Assembly (NCBI GenBank): GCA_965208675.1
Contig: OZ242351.1
Coordinates: 416,001-480,000 of the forward strand
Direction of reading: 5' to 3'
Length of the DNA stretch: 64,000 nt
From: Candidatus Poribacteria bacterium
GTDB taxonomy: Bacteria; Poribacteria; WGA-4E; PCPOR2b
Position numbers and translations under genes: made by a program. Shown here in pieces: positions 1 through 10,403 of this stretch. Under the pieces are notes generated by a model that did not search any database, was not told the DNA's origin, and saw only the letters and a list, made by a program, of their open reading frames with translations. Positions within the stretch are counted from its first letter, which is position 1; each line of letters opens with the position of its first letter.

Positions 1-1529
1 TGGTAGACGTTGTCCGCGCCAAAGCGGTACATGTTGTCGAGCAGCGCCCAAAAACCGGCAAATGTGCCAACAATTGAGGCGATAACCATTGCAATTAAGA
101 AATGGCGGCTGCGGGCATTTAGCAATTGCGCCATCTTGAATGCTTCAATCTGATGACCAACCGGATGGGAGCGGTATGCGCGGCACATCCAGAACAGATG
201 GCTGAACATGGCGATATTCGTCACCCCGATACGCCGTGAGCCGAATACGTTCAATAGCATCTGATCCGGCCCCATAAACTCGGCGTCGTGTGCTGCGGGA
301 CCTATCTCGGCACGAATGCGAGCTATAGCAACGGCGTAGAGAATATATACGAGTAGAAACAGAAGCACGACCCACGCGGACATGCCGGCGTATCCGAGGA
401 ACACCGCCATAGACACTACACCAAGCACGATGCCGATGATAGCCGATCGGTAGCTCATTGCCTCGTTTGCGGCAGTTTCAGCCGTTTTGCCGCGGACAAC
501 CTCTGTGACCACTTGCTTTAGATGGTTTCGTGCAGACCACAAAGGTAAAATTGCTAAGACTATCCAAGCCCCCGCAGTTTGGTAACTTCGGAATGGCCCC
601 GGTGTTGCCCAGATGCCCACCGCATCTCGATACACTAAGTCCGCCTTCCAGAAAAGATGGAAGAACCAAGCAGAAAACGCCAGATTCAGCGGCAAGAAAT
701 AAGCCATCCCGACCACGAAAGGGTAAACCGCCAAGGGCAGCCAACCGACAGCATTCCACGGCTTTTCGGTGAAGAATCTGCCGAGATTGTAGATAGGTGC
801 AAAATTCGGTGCTGCGGGCCATAAGCCGTGCAGCCCGTTGATGAAGTCAAATGCGCCGGCCAGCCCGAATCCTAGCCACAACATGCGGTTGGAAAGCAGC
901 CCGGTGCCGCCCTTTGCCATCTCCATCGGTAGTTGTATAACTGGATACGCAAGTTTTTCATTTTCTGTCCACTGTTTGCGAATGATTACGTTGATACACA
1001 CAATTACGAAAAAGAGGACGATCAGAAAACCGCCCCAAGATAACGCCGGGACTATCCACGGCATGATATGTTCCGAGATATAGAGAGACGTTTCGCCGTG
1101 ATGGTAACCTAGGAGCGCTGTCGGGTCGTAGACGGTTGCCCATTCGGGTACGTGCCTGCCGAAAAGCGTCATCCATTCGTTTTCTGGCGTCACAAACCAA
1201 AAGCTCGTGAGGTGCTGAACCATGACGAGCAATAGGTCATGTCCGAATATGCCGGTCGCTATGGCTGTCATCACATATATGATGATGAGTTCTACGGGTT
1301 GAAAGGCGGCGCTGGGTGCGAATTTGTTAAGAATGGCGTTTAACACCAGCAGCAGGAATAGGGTGAATGTGACGTTGTAAAATAGTGTGAAGAGTGTCGA
1401 AAAGACGGGCTGATAAATGGTTTCAGCGAGCGTCAGCCAATACAAATTGATAGGGATGAGGAGGGCGCCGGTAATGAGTGCACGGTATGAAATAGAGGTA
1501 GGATTACGAGGGGCAGATCCAGCTTTCAA
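1..1529 (-). CDS. DUF6785/DUF6784-type polytopic membrane protein (putative transporter), 3' end runs off the window
   Basis: Not in the ORF track because it has no stop in the window. Manual translation from TTG 1529 (…ISYRALITGALLIPINLY…TPENEW…IRKQWTENEKLAYPVIQLP…AGFWALL) stays in the same frame at the window edge and is collinear with paralogue 18598-20505. Confidence 0.8.
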   Translation of the reverse strand, partial: MKAGSAPRNPTSISYRALITGALLIPINLYWLTLAETIYQPVFSTLFTLFYNVTFTLFLLLVLNAILNKFAPSAAFQPVELIIIYVMTAIATGIFGHDLLLVMVQHLTSFWFVTPENEWMTLFGRHVPEWATVYDPTALLGYHHGETSLYISEHIMPWIVPALSWGGFLIVLFFVIVCINVIIRKQWTENEKLAYPVIQLPMEMAKGGTGLLSNRMLWLGFGLAGAFDFINGLHGLWPAAPNFAPIYNLGRFFTEKPWNAVGWLPLAVYPFVVGMAYFLPLNLAFSAWFFHLFWKADLVYRDAVGIWATPGPFRSYQTAGAWIVLAILPLWSARNHLKQVVTEVVRGKTAETAANEAMSYRSAIIGIVLGVVSMAVFLGYAGMSAWVVLLFLLVYILYAVAIARIRAEIGPAAHDAEFMGPDQMLLNVFGSRRIGVTNIAMFSHLFWMCRAYRSHPVGHQIEAFKMAQLLNARSRHFLIAMVIASIVGTFAGFWALLDNMYRFGADNVY

Positions 1530-1668
1530 ACAATCACCGGTGTGAGGGTTTTCAAACGTCTTAGCACAAAGGTGGAATGGGACGGAGCGTCGTTAAAAAT
1601 TTCACAATAAAGGAGCGCGTCATTCTAGCACACAAGATTACACTGAACAACCTAAAAGAGATGTTCCA

Positions 1669-1697
1669 TTGACCGTTCTATCGGGCTATGCTATACT
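1669..1697 (+). promoter_or_regulatory. sigma70-type promoter TTGACC-N17-TATACT with extended -10 TG
   Basis: Near-consensus hexamers with 17-bp spacing, upstream of the 1953 CDS. Confidence 0.55.
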
Positions 1698-1831
1698 GTA
1701 ACTTCTGCACTAAATGTAACCATTTTTGGCTGTAGGCTGATACGTATTCCGTTTGTTTCAGTAAAATCGAAATTCATTTTTGCTTCTCGGCAGGTTCGGT
1801 TTTTCAGCCGAACCGGCATTCATTCAGTCTC

Positions 1832-1854
1832 GTAGGTGCGGCTAAATCCGCACC
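1832..1854. repeat. GTAG-type REP-like palindrome (gtaggtgcgg-ctaaat-ccgcacc)
   Basis: GTAG tetranucleotide followed by a GC-rich hairpin in an intergenic leader; a similar hairpin lies at about 1791-1816. Confidence 0.45.
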
Positions 1855-1952
1855 AATCGAAACGCATATAAACACCAATGGAATTGACTGTAAATCGTAA
1901 TATATTTCTTTAAATCGAATCATTCAAAGGAGAAAGTTGCAAAGGAAATTCT

Positions 1953-4421
1953 ATGAAGAAGACGAATTCAATGTTAATTTTCGCGGTGTTAATTGTAGTT
2001 GGTACGGGACTGCAAGCAATCAACCCCAACGCTTCGGGCGGAAGCGAATCAGGGTTCACCGACAATACTCTCATCTTCGGGCGCGGCGGAGATTCGCTTA
2101 CGCTGGATCCCGCCCTGTTGACCGACGGAGAATCGGCAAAAGTTTGTGAGATGCTGTATGACACGCTAATCCAATACAGAGATGAAACCACCGAACTTGC
2201 ACCTGCATTAGCGGAAACGTGGGAAAGTTCCGCCGATGGGTTGACGTGGACGTTTTACCTGCGCCAAGGTGTCCAATTCCACGACGGTACACCGTTCGGT
2301 GCGGACGCGGTTGTATTCTCGCTCTCTCGTGCGAACACCGTATTTCGTGATTTCCATGCTGAATTCATCAATCAGATTATCGCACTGGATGCGTATACTG
2401 TGCAGATACAACTCAAAAAATCCTACGCGCCTTTCATTAGCACATTAGCAGGGACATCGTATTCTATCGTGAGCCCGGACGCCGTTCAACGCTACGGTGA
2501 CAATTTTGGAGATGTTAACGCCGTCGGTACAGGCCCCTTTAAGTTCGTCCAGTGGGATAAGGGCGACAGCGTCGTCCTTGAAGCAAACGAGAATCATTGG
2601 GCGGGGCGGCCGGCGCTGGATCGGTTTATATTTCGGTCCATACCGGATAACTCGGTTCGGCTGATGGAGCTTCAGGCGGGCAATATCCATGCTATGGAAT
2701 TCCCCAATCCTGAAGAGATACCGGTTATTGAAGCCGATCCACTGATTGAACTAGTCACGCAATCCAGTTTGAACGTCGGGTATTTAGCCATGAATTTCGA
2801 CAAGCCGCCTTTTGACAATTTGAAGGTGAGGCTTGCCATCAACCACGCCATAAACAAACCCGATATTATTGAACGGCTCTATCAAGGCACAGGCATACCC
2901 GCGAAGGGGCCGATACCGCCAACTCTCTGGAGTTACGACGAGGCTATTCAAGACTACGAATATAATCCGGAACTTGCAAGGCAACTTCTCGCTGAAGCGG
3001 GATTTCCCGACGGTTTTGAGACCACGCTCTGGGCATTACCGGTACCGCGCCCGTACATTCCGGATGGCATGGCGCTAGCGGAAGCGTTACAATCCGACCT
3101 TCGGGAAGTTGGGATAGAAGCGGCGGTCGAAACGTTCGACTGGGGTACATACATTGATAAGACCAAAATCGGCGAGCACGATATGGCAATGTTAGGCTGG
3201 ATTGTATCAGAGGGCGACCCAGACAGTTTTTTCTACTATCTGCTGAGCAAGACCTACGCGGAGAAACCCGCTTTCAATATCGCTTTCTATCGCAGCGACG
3301 AAATGCAAGATATACTGGATCGAGCGAGAACCAGCACTAATCGCGGGGAACGTACTGAACTCTACCGGCAAGCGCAAGCGATATTCCACAGAGACGCACC
3401 GTGGGTGCCGCTAGCTCATGCCCAAAGGCTTCTTGTGGTCAATTGGCGAGTGAAGAATCTTAGGCTTGCTCCTACAGGATGGAAATACCTTCGCAGTTTG
3501 TCGTTGGAAGAAGACACGACTTCGCTTTATGTTTCGTCGCTCTCTCAAGGTCTCAACACGATTTCCATTCCCTTGCAACCCGATACGCCGATGAACGCTC
3601 GGACGCTGTCGGATATGGTCGGCGCAACGGCGGTCATTACCCTAGACGCCGCCAACCAACGATTTGTCGGTTGGACACCCGACGCACCTCACGACGGATT
3701 TCCGATTGAAGGCGCAAACGGCTACATCGTCAACCTACCGGAAGCGCGGGAGGTGGCATTCGTCGGCAAAGCTTGGGCAAACCAAGCGCAAGCCGCCGCC
3801 GCACCAAGCCTATCGCACAACGCCGACACGTGGGCGTTTGTGGTTAGCGGGTACTTAGAAAGCAGTCGAAACCTAGGCGGCTATCTCGTCACGGTGCAAA
3901 ATTTAACCACAGGCGATGTCATGACAGGGAGTGTGAGAGACGGTTACTTCGCCGCGGCTACTGCAAATCTCGCACGCCAGAGCGTGGTGAATGTTGGCGA
4001 CACTTTAGAGGTCACCGTCACCGATACGACCGGCGAAATGGCTTCGAAGCCAGTAGTTTTCACGGTTACGCGCGACGCGCTCCTAAACGCAGTACTTCCC
4101 GTAATGCTTGATGGCGTAGGCGTACCGAAGCAAACGATGTTATTGCAGAACTATCCTAACCCGTTCAACCCTGAGACATGGATACCGTATCACCTTTCGG
4201 AGGCAGGCGATGTGTCGATAACTATTTACGATACGGTGGGGCAACGTGTTCGGATACTATCGCTTGGCTTTCAGTCGGAGGGTTACTATCAAAGCCGTTC
4301 GCTCGCCGCCTATTGGGATGGACGGAACGACTTGGGTGAGCGGGTACCGAGCGGTATTTACTCCTATCACCTCTCCGCCGGCGATTATACTGCTGCGCAG
4401 CGGATGGCGATTGTCAAATAG
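1953..4421 (+). CDS. DppA/OppA-family (SBP_bac_5) ABC substrate-binding protein fused to a C-terminal Ig-like module ending in a T9SS-type-A/FlgD-like C-terminal domain
   Basis: Signal peptide; motifs 'TLDPA', 'PALAETWESSADGLTWTFYLRQGVQFHDGTPF', 'VGTGPFKF'; C-terminus 'LLQNYPNPFNPETWIPYHL…YWDGRNDLGERVPSGIY…RMAIVK'. Confidence 0.9.
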   Translation: MKKTNSMLIFAVLIVVGTGLQAINPNASGGSESGFTDNTLIFGRGGDSLTLDPALLTDGESAKVCEMLYDTLIQYRDETTELAPALAETWESSADGLTWTFYLRQGVQFHDGTPFGADAVVFSLSRANTVFRDFHAEFINQIIALDAYTVQIQLKKSYAPFISTLAGTSYSIVSPDAVQRYGDNFGDVNAVGTGPFKFVQWDKGDSVVLEANENHWAGRPALDRFIFRSIPDNSVRLMELQAGNIHAMEFPNPEEIPVIEADPLIELVTQSSLNVGYLAMNFDKPPFDNLKVRLAINHAINKPDIIERLYQGTGIPAKGPIPPTLWSYDEAIQDYEYNPELARQLLAEAGFPDGFETTLWALPVPRPYIPDGMALAEALQSDLREVGIEAAVETFDWGTYIDKTKIGEHDMAMLGWIVSEGDPDSFFYYLLSKTYAEKPAFNIAFYRSDEMQDILDRARTSTNRGERTELYRQAQAIFHRDAPWVPLAHAQRLLVVNWRVKNLRLAPTGWKYLRSLSLEEDTTSLYVSSLSQGLNTISIPLQPDTPMNARTLSDMVGATAVITLDAANQRFVGWTPDAPHDGFPIEGANGYIVNLPEAREVAFVGKAWANQAQAAAAPSLSHNADTWAFVVSGYLESSRNLGGYLVTVQNLTTGDVMTGSVRDGYFAAATANLARQSVVNVGDTLEVTVTDTTGEMASKPVVFTVTRDALLNAVLPVMLDGVGVPKQTMLLQNYPNPFNPETWIPYHLSEAGDVSITIYDTVGQRVRILSLGFQSEGYYQSRSLAAYWDGRNDLGERVPSGIYSYHLSAGDYTAAQRMAIVK

Positions 4422-4445
4422 CCTATCTCGAGTTGGAAAGGCAAA

Positions 4446-4937
4446 TCAACCGCCTACCTTGACTCGCGCCCACAGTGTTAATCGTTTTAACTTTGGGTGG
4501 ACAGAAGAGGTTTTGTCGACTGGGTGCCCCGCCTGTTCCCAAGCGAAAAACCCACCCAACAGTACCGCAACATTCTCTCGCTTAAAGCCGAATTTATCAA
4601 TTAGCTGGCGTGCCGCACGGACACTGGTGGCTTCAGCCGGTCAGCTTCAGTAAAATACGACAAACGGCTCATTTTTGAGCTCCTGATGCCTCGCAGAGAT
4701 GTCGCCAATCGGCATAGAGATGGCATTCCGAATATGGCCGTTGTCGTAGGCACCTTTGATACGGACATCTATAATCACGACATCATCGCCTGCATCCAAC
4801 CGGGCTTTGAGGTCCGCGACCGTAATTCGCTGCACATCTTCTTCAGGGGGCGCTTGAGCAATCGAAAGTGACGCGAAAAACGTTTGAAGGAGAAGGACGG
4901 TCAACAGGAAGAATATGCACCTATCTGTTTTTTTCAT
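4446..4937 (-). CDS. Secreted rhodanese-like protein, candidate selenoprotein with two in-frame TGA codons (YUSUP), 163 aa with read-through
   Basis: The ORF-track protein stops mid-domain at 'VVFY'. Reading through TGA 4649-4647 and 4643-4641 gives PAEATSVRAARQL…GF…NVAVLLGGFFAWEQAGHPV, the canonical rhodanese C-terminal half; the next stop is TGA 4448-4446. Confidence 0.85.
4610..4624 (-). promoter_or_regulatory. Candidate bacterial SECIS hairpin GUGUC-CGUGC-GGCAC
   Basis: 5-bp stem with a GU-containing loop; the loop starts 21 nt after the second UGA and 27 nt after the first. Folded by eye only. Confidence 0.45.
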
Positions 4938-5025
4938 CGGTTTTTCTCCAAGTGTTGGGTTTTGACATTTGTAATTTTAAGGTGTTCGTCGCCTCAGTGT
5001 CAAGAGTTTTCTGACATTCGTCAAA

Positions 5026-6591
5026 TCATAGGTTTTCCATCTCACCCGTCATCAGCAGCCCAATTGCCGGCAGTTCATGTCGAAACGGTGTTGCGTCCGT
5101 CAGCCCGCCGTTGTACATCACGAGGATGCGGTCGCTGAGTGCTAGCAATTCATCTAACTCAGTGGAGATTAGCAATACGGCACAGTGATTTCGCCGCTGC
5201 TCAAGAAGCCGCTGCCGCACATAGTCCGCCGCGCTAATGTCCAAACCGCGCGTTGGGTTGACTGCAAGCAGCAGTTCCGGTGATTGCGACAGCTCCCTAG
5301 CAATGAGCACCTTCTGCTGATTACCGCCGGATAAGAATTTTACCGGCAATTTCCGATCGGGAGTCCGAACATCATAGCCCCGGATGAGTTCGTCGGCATC
5401 AGCATTGATGCGTTTTCGATCCAACAGCGGGCGCCAACTTTTGAGAAATTTGGAACCGCTCATGAGGTTTGTTTGATAGTTTTCGAGCTGCTGAATGTTA
5501 AGAATTAGATTTTCCGCAACTGTGAAATCGAGAATTAGACCGGCGTTTTGGCGATCATTGGGGATATATCCATATTTTAATCGGCGTATTTGATTCGACA
5601 ATAAGTTGGTGACTGATTTCCCGTTTAAAAGAATTTCACCGTTGCGTGGCTTTCGCAGTCCCATAATGGTTTCTGCGAGTTCAATCTGACCGTTGCCGTC
5701 AACCCCGGCGATTCCGACGATTTCGCCCGTATTCACCTCAAGCGAACAACTGTTTACTGCAATCCGGCCTCGACTTCCGACGACAGTTAGGTCTCGGATT
5801 TGGAGGTGTGCGGTGCCTACGGCGTGCGGTTCCCGTTCGAGCTGCGGCGGGTCATACCCAACCATGTGTTTCGCCAGGTCTCGCGGCGATGCATGTGCCG
5901 CATGTGTAGTCACGACCCGCTTGCCGCGGCGCAGGACTGTGATTCGATCGCTAATTTCCATGACCTCTTTGAGTTTGTGGCTGATGAAGATTATCGAGTT
6001 GCCTTCTGCCTTCAGGCGGCGCAGGATGGTGAAGAGTTCATGGGTTTCTTGAGGGGACAGGACGGATGTCGGCTCGTCAAGCACTAAAATTCGCGGCTTG
6101 ATGGAATCATCCATCGTTGGATTGACCAGCGCCTTTAGAATTTCAACGCGTTGCTGCATCCCCACCGACAATTGCCAGATTTTGGCGCGCGGTTCGATCA
6201 ACAATCCATAACGGCGGGAAAGTTCAAGCACTAGTGCCTCAACCGTCCGCCGCTTTAGGCGGAATTTCCCGTGTCTGAAATTATGCGCGATGTTTTCGGC
6301 AACGCTCAACGTGGGAACTAATGCAAAGTGTTGATGAACCATGCCTATCCCGTGTGCAATTGCCGTGTTCGGCGAATCAATAAGAGCCGGATTGCCGTCA
6401 ATCCAAATCTCACCCTCATCGGGTTGGCACAAGCCGTAAATCGTATTCATAAGGGTTGATTTTCCGGCTCCATTCTCACCGAGTACGGTGTGGACTTCAC
6501 CGCGGCGCAAAGTTAGATCCACGCGGTCAACGGCGAGGTTTTTTCCAAATGCCTTAGTGATGCCGCGAAGCTCAAGTGCGTAAGGTGTCAA
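5026..6591 (-). CDS. Sugar/nucleoside (CUT2) ABC transporter ATP-binding protein with two NBDs
   Basis: Walker A 'GENGAGKST', '[15 protein letters not shown]', 'LDEPT', and second-NBD signature 'LSGGNQQK'. Confidence 0.92.
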   Translation of the reverse strand: MTPYALELRGITKAFGKNLAVDRVDLTLRRGEVHTVLGENGAGKSTLMNTIYGLCQPDEGEIWIDGNPALIDSPNTAIAHGIGMVHQHFALVPTLSVAENIAHNFRHGKFRLKRRTVEALVLELSRRYGLLIEPRAKIWQLSVGMQQRVEILKALVNPTMDDSIKPRILVLDEPTSVLSPQETHELFTILRRLKAEGNSIIFISHKLKEVMEISDRITVLRRGKRVVTTHAAHASPRDLAKHMVGYDPPQLEREPHAVGTAHLQIRDLTVVGSRGRIAVNSCSLEVNTGEIVGIAGVDGNGQIELAETIMGLRKPRNGEILLNGKSVTNLLSNQIRRLKYGYIPNDRQNAGLILDFTVAENLILNIQQLENYQTNLMSGSKFLKSWRPLLDRKRINADADELIRGYDVRTPDRKLPVKFLSGGNQQKVLIARELSQSPELLLAVNPTRGLDISAADYVRQRLLEQRRNHCAVLLISTELDELLALSDRILVMYNGGLTDATPFRHELPAIGLLMTGEMENL

Positions 6592-6868
6592 ACTTACGGT
6601 CTCCCCTTTAATTTTCCGAAGTTAATCTTAACCCTGGAAGCCGTTTTCTTATGCCCTATCAAACCGGATTTTGTTTCAATAATACCAGATCTGGGTGTGT
6701 CCCGCTATTAAAAAGCAAGCAGACATGCCGGCGCGATCGGTTGTGAATTAGGTGTCTTCGATTGAAAACGGATAATTTTGCAGACACGGGTAAATTGGTA
6801 CACCGTCAGCGCCGTATGGGCGCCGTTGCGTTGATTAACGAATGCTCCGTCACCATCTCCACTCCCCG

Positions 6869-8881
6869 TTACGCAACGACAAACCTCATGCCCCAAGCTT
6901 CGACAGCGGGCAAAACAAATTTATTGTATGGTCCATCCGTTCCATGGGAGCGGATAACTGTCTTGGCGCAGTGCATGTCGAATACGCTAATCTCCTTCAT
7001 TGATGTTCGGAGCATTAGCGCAACCTCCTCTGCCCGGTCGAGGCATGAATTGGTTGCCGCAAGAGCTAAGCCCCCTGATTCGGTCGTTCTTACCCACATG
7101 TTAATTTTGTGGAAGGAACTGACATACGCCGGCAGCGTATTCTTCGAAAGCCAGCGTAAAAGGATTTTGAGCTGAGATGATTTAGAACCGTTTTGTAAAA
7201 ACCTCCAGGGATAGTACCCCGCGGCACATATTCTGCCGCCGATCTGGTTTTCAAATACGCCCATGCAGCACGGAGCGGTTTCTCGCCCTTTATAATCCAC
7301 GATTCGCGCCAGGACTTTCGCGGTTTCACTAATCGGCTTAAGAACCGCGGCGGGGGACAGCCATGGTAAGAACGATTGGCGCGCATCACGCTTGCGCCCG
7401 GCAAAGGGCGTATTTAGCGGATGATTCGTGAATTCTTCGATGCAATCTTCGTCCAAGAAACGCTCGACCTCAAATCCGGTGAGCTCGCCGTACCCCATTT
7501 CGTTCAGGCAGATTAGCGCTTTCGCGTCCATGTAAACCCCCGAAGACAGCATTTTTAACACGTGCTCGTCACTCATGGCTAAAACGCTGCTTTCGGACAG
7601 GGCGGTCACTGAGGCGCATTCGGGTGAATAAGCTGCGGGCAATCCGATTTCTAGCAGTTCATCCGCATGCGACGCGCAGATGCTTAGGATATTTCCGGCA
7701 AGCCAATCGCCTTCTGCAATGTTGTTCACTGCATAAACATCCATTCCCCATCCGGTATAAATCCCTAACGGTTTATCTCTTTGGAAATGCCTTACCAGTA
7801 AATCATAAAAAGGCCTAGAATCCCGTAGTTTTCTCAGGAGCGGCTCATACTCATCAAGAGGCTCGTCATGTTGAGATAGTACATTGAAGGCGGCGCCCGT
7901 GCAGCCTGCTGCGATATGCGACGCGGCTTCCAGCGCTGTCGCCGCGGCACTTTTCTGCAACCGTTGATACGGAAAATTCTCTATCTCGGATTGTATTGAG
8001 ATGACGCTGTTTGGAAGCATGGATACCTGTCTCCCGACATCGTGGGACTTCCCTGCTAGTCCTCTCATGTAATCATCAAAATAGAAGCCGCCCCCCGGCC
8101 GCCACATGACCGCCGACCCGTGGTCGCCGGACAAGACTTCACTCCAATGCTGGAAATCATAACCCTCAAAAAACCGGTCACCCGTCATGAATCCTAGCGG
8201 CAAACTCGGCTTCACCCGATGTACTGTGTGTTCTATCAATTCAAAAAGGCGAGCGATTGTATTGCGGTTATGCTGCAGCCACGCCAAGCGCACCTCCAGC
8301 TTGTTCGCGGTAGGACCAGTGTTAAATGCGTCTTTAAGTGTATCCCTCGTAAACATGACCCCAAACTCTTCTTCAAATATGAGTAGGCAATTATCGCAAA
8401 AGCAGCCGTAACCAATGGGCATATGCCCAAAGCGTACATCGTCGTCTATCCAGATATAGTCCGGATGGGCACTAGTTACAATATTGTAGAGCTGACTGAT
8501 ATAAGTTTTCATGCCCTCATCGTTGGGACAAAATGAACCCAAGCAGATGTTACCGTAGATGTCAGTCATGCGCGTATAATCGGCAGTCAGAGAGTTGGGC
8601 AGATTTTCGTTGTGATGGCCTATAGTGGTGAGAATGTTGATACCCGTTCTGTAGCCCATAGACCGCAGTTGCGCCATGCGTTCACTCAGTATTGATACGT
8701 GTTCCTCAATTGTTTCTAAATCAAGCGGTGCGTGAGTTTCCGAGGTAAAAAATGTCACCTCATCGGTGAGTCCTTTATATTTTTCAAATAATTTAACAAG
8801 CGACTGAAAGCCCTTTTCCGGCCGCCACTGGCTTATCCCAATTCTAAAGGAAACGACAGCGTTTTGAATTCCGCGTTTCAT
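6869..8881 (-). CDS. Hypothetical glycoside-hydrolase-like protein (TIM barrel plus probable GATase-like trimerisation domain)
   Basis: 670-aa ORF; 'YIWIDDDVR…GCFCDNC' Cys cluster as seen in GH42-like/uncharacterised GH families. Family not assignable by eye. Confidence 0.6.
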   Translation of the reverse strand: MKRGIQNAVVSFRIGISQWRPEKGFQSLVKLFEKYKGLTDEVTFFTSETHAPLDLETIEEHVSILSERMAQLRSMGYRTGINILTTIGHHNENLPNSLTADYTRMTDIYGNICLGSFCPNDEGMKTYISQLYNIVTSAHPDYIWIDDDVRFGHMPIGYGCFCDNCLLIFEEEFGVMFTRDTLKDAFNTGPTANKLEVRLAWLQHNRNTIARLFELIEHTVHRVKPSLPLGFMTGDRFFEGYDFQHWSEVLSGDHGSAVMWRPGGGFYFDDYMRGLAGKSHDVGRQVSMLPNSVISIQSEIENFPYQRLQKSAAATALEAASHIAAGCTGAAFNVLSQHDEPLDEYEPLLRKLRDSRPFYDLLVRHFQRDKPLGIYTGWGMDVYAVNNIAEGDWLAGNILSICASHADELLEIGLPAAYSPECASVTALSESSVLAMSDEHVLKMLSSGVYMDAKALICLNEMGYGELTGFEVERFLDEDCIEEFTNHPLNTPFAGRKRDARQSFLPWLSPAAVLKPISETAKVLARIVDYKGRETAPCCMGVFENQIGGRICAAGYYPWRFLQNGSKSSQLKILLRWLSKNTLPAYVSSFHKINMWVRTTESGGLALAATNSCLDRAEEVALMLRTSMKEISVFDMHCAKTVIRSHGTDGPYNKFVLPAVEAWGMRFVVA

Positions 8882-9376
8882 ACCAATGTCTTCCTTTCAT
8901 TCGATCTCGAGATCGCGGCGAATCAGCACAGTTCACAACTTTTATAAGTATACCGCATCTGTTATCCCCGCGTCTTGGCAACACCGTGTCAAAGCGTTTA
9001 AGCAATCCTAGCCCTAGTTACAAAATTGCATAGCCGAACCAATAAAACACTTGACAAAAGCGGCGTAGATAAGTTATCAATATATTTGCGTTACACCGGG
9101 GCATCACCCCATATTTTTGCACGTTGCAGATGATGACTCCTTCCTGATGTGTAGTTAGTTAAAATATTTTGTCTCAATCACGCGAGGCATAGGAAGCGGA
9201 TGTCAATGATTCTCGTGAATGAACGAAACCGGAAAAAAATGGATACACCCGAGAAATCTAAGTTTTTGGTGTAATCTTCCGATTTTTTTTGGACGTTCTA
9301 ACGACTAACTATTTTATCGGGGCACCGCGTTCGGTCTATCCCGCCAAATCTGTTAAAATGCGAGCAAAAGTCAAAT

Positions 9377-10384
9377 ATGTACTATTCCAACCGGTTAATT
9401 CAACGCATCTTGAGTCTAGTGGTTCCCGTAATTCTCATATCCGGCTGCGGTGAGGAGGATGTTGATAGATATGGCGGCAATCTCGCGCCAAAAATTTTTG
9501 CTTTTGAGGCAGAATCGGACATCGTTGAACCCGGCGCACAGGTACGCATTACACTCGACGCCCGCGATATTGAAGGGCAAAAGGTCACCGTCAGATGGGA
9601 TGCAGCAGGAGGTGACATTGACGGAGACATTTTCGGCGCTGTCTGGACTGCTCCAGAACGGGAACGCAAGTATCAGATTGAAGTCAAGGTAAGCGACGGA
9701 GAAAAATCAACATCAAGCACCATAGATATCCAGGTGTGGCGGACGCGCCCCGGAGATTACTACCCACTTGCGGTCGGGAATATATGGCGGTATCGCGACG
9801 ATGAAGCGAACGAGATAATTTTTGAGATTGTGGATACAATTCAGATCCATTTACAGGACAGTGATCCCGTCAGAAGTTATGTACTTGAAAAATACAGTAA
9901 TGATGAAGATCTCGAAGGAATTAGCAACTTTTCCTATCTTGGCAGACAGCTTGACGAAAATGGGGATTCTCAAGGCATTGTTCAGCACGCCCAAAATGTT
10001 ACATCTGGCGGGCCGGATACGATACTCTTTGTTCCATTCCTGCCGCTCTACAACTTTCCACTGATTCCCGGCAACACCTGGAGAACAAATTTTGAGGCGA
10101 GGTTAACAGGGGAATTGTTCCCAATTGGCGGCGGAAACGACCAATTTGAGGTCGTGTCTGAGGAAACCGTGACAGTTCCAGCGGGCACATTTGAACATGT
10201 CTTTCAAGTTCAGGAGACGTTTAAGTGGAGCATTTTTGAACAGGATCTTGATACTACAATCGCCCAGAAATGGCTCGCGCCTGGTGTTGGTATCATTAAA
10301 TTTACGCAGTCCCAGACTCGTGCCGGCGTAACGGTTGAAGTTGAATTTGAACTAGAGTCCTTTGAATTGGCGGCTGATGATTGA
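9377..10384 (+). CDS. Putative lipoprotein with an N-terminal Ig-like domain and a beta-rich C-terminal domain
   Basis: Lipobox-like 'LISGC'; motifs 'DYYPLAVGNIWRY', 'ETVTVPAGTF', 'WLAPGVGIIK'. Confidence 0.75.
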   Translation: MYYSNRLIQRILSLVVPVILISGCGEEDVDRYGGNLAPKIFAFEAESDIVEPGAQVRITLDARDIEGQKVTVRWDAAGGDIDGDIFGAVWTAPERERKYQIEVKVSDGEKSTSSTIDIQVWRTRPGDYYPLAVGNIWRYRDDEANEIIFEIVDTIQIHLQDSDPVRSYVLEKYSNDEDLEGISNFSYLGRQLDENGDSQGIVQHAQNVTSGGPDTILFVPFLPLYNFPLIPGNTWRTNFEARLTGELFPIGGGNDQFEVVSEETVTVPAGTFEHVFQVQETFKWSIFEQDLDTTIAQKWLAPGVGIIKFTQSQTRAGVTVEVEFELESFELAADD

Positions 10385-10403
10385 AAAGTGAAGTGTAATT
10401 CTA

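Noticed and set aside
9228-9292. Hairpin in the leader of 9377 as a riboswitch or ncRNA
   Set aside because: An imperfect stem only, with no recognisable Rfam-type conserved motif; a covariance search would be needed.
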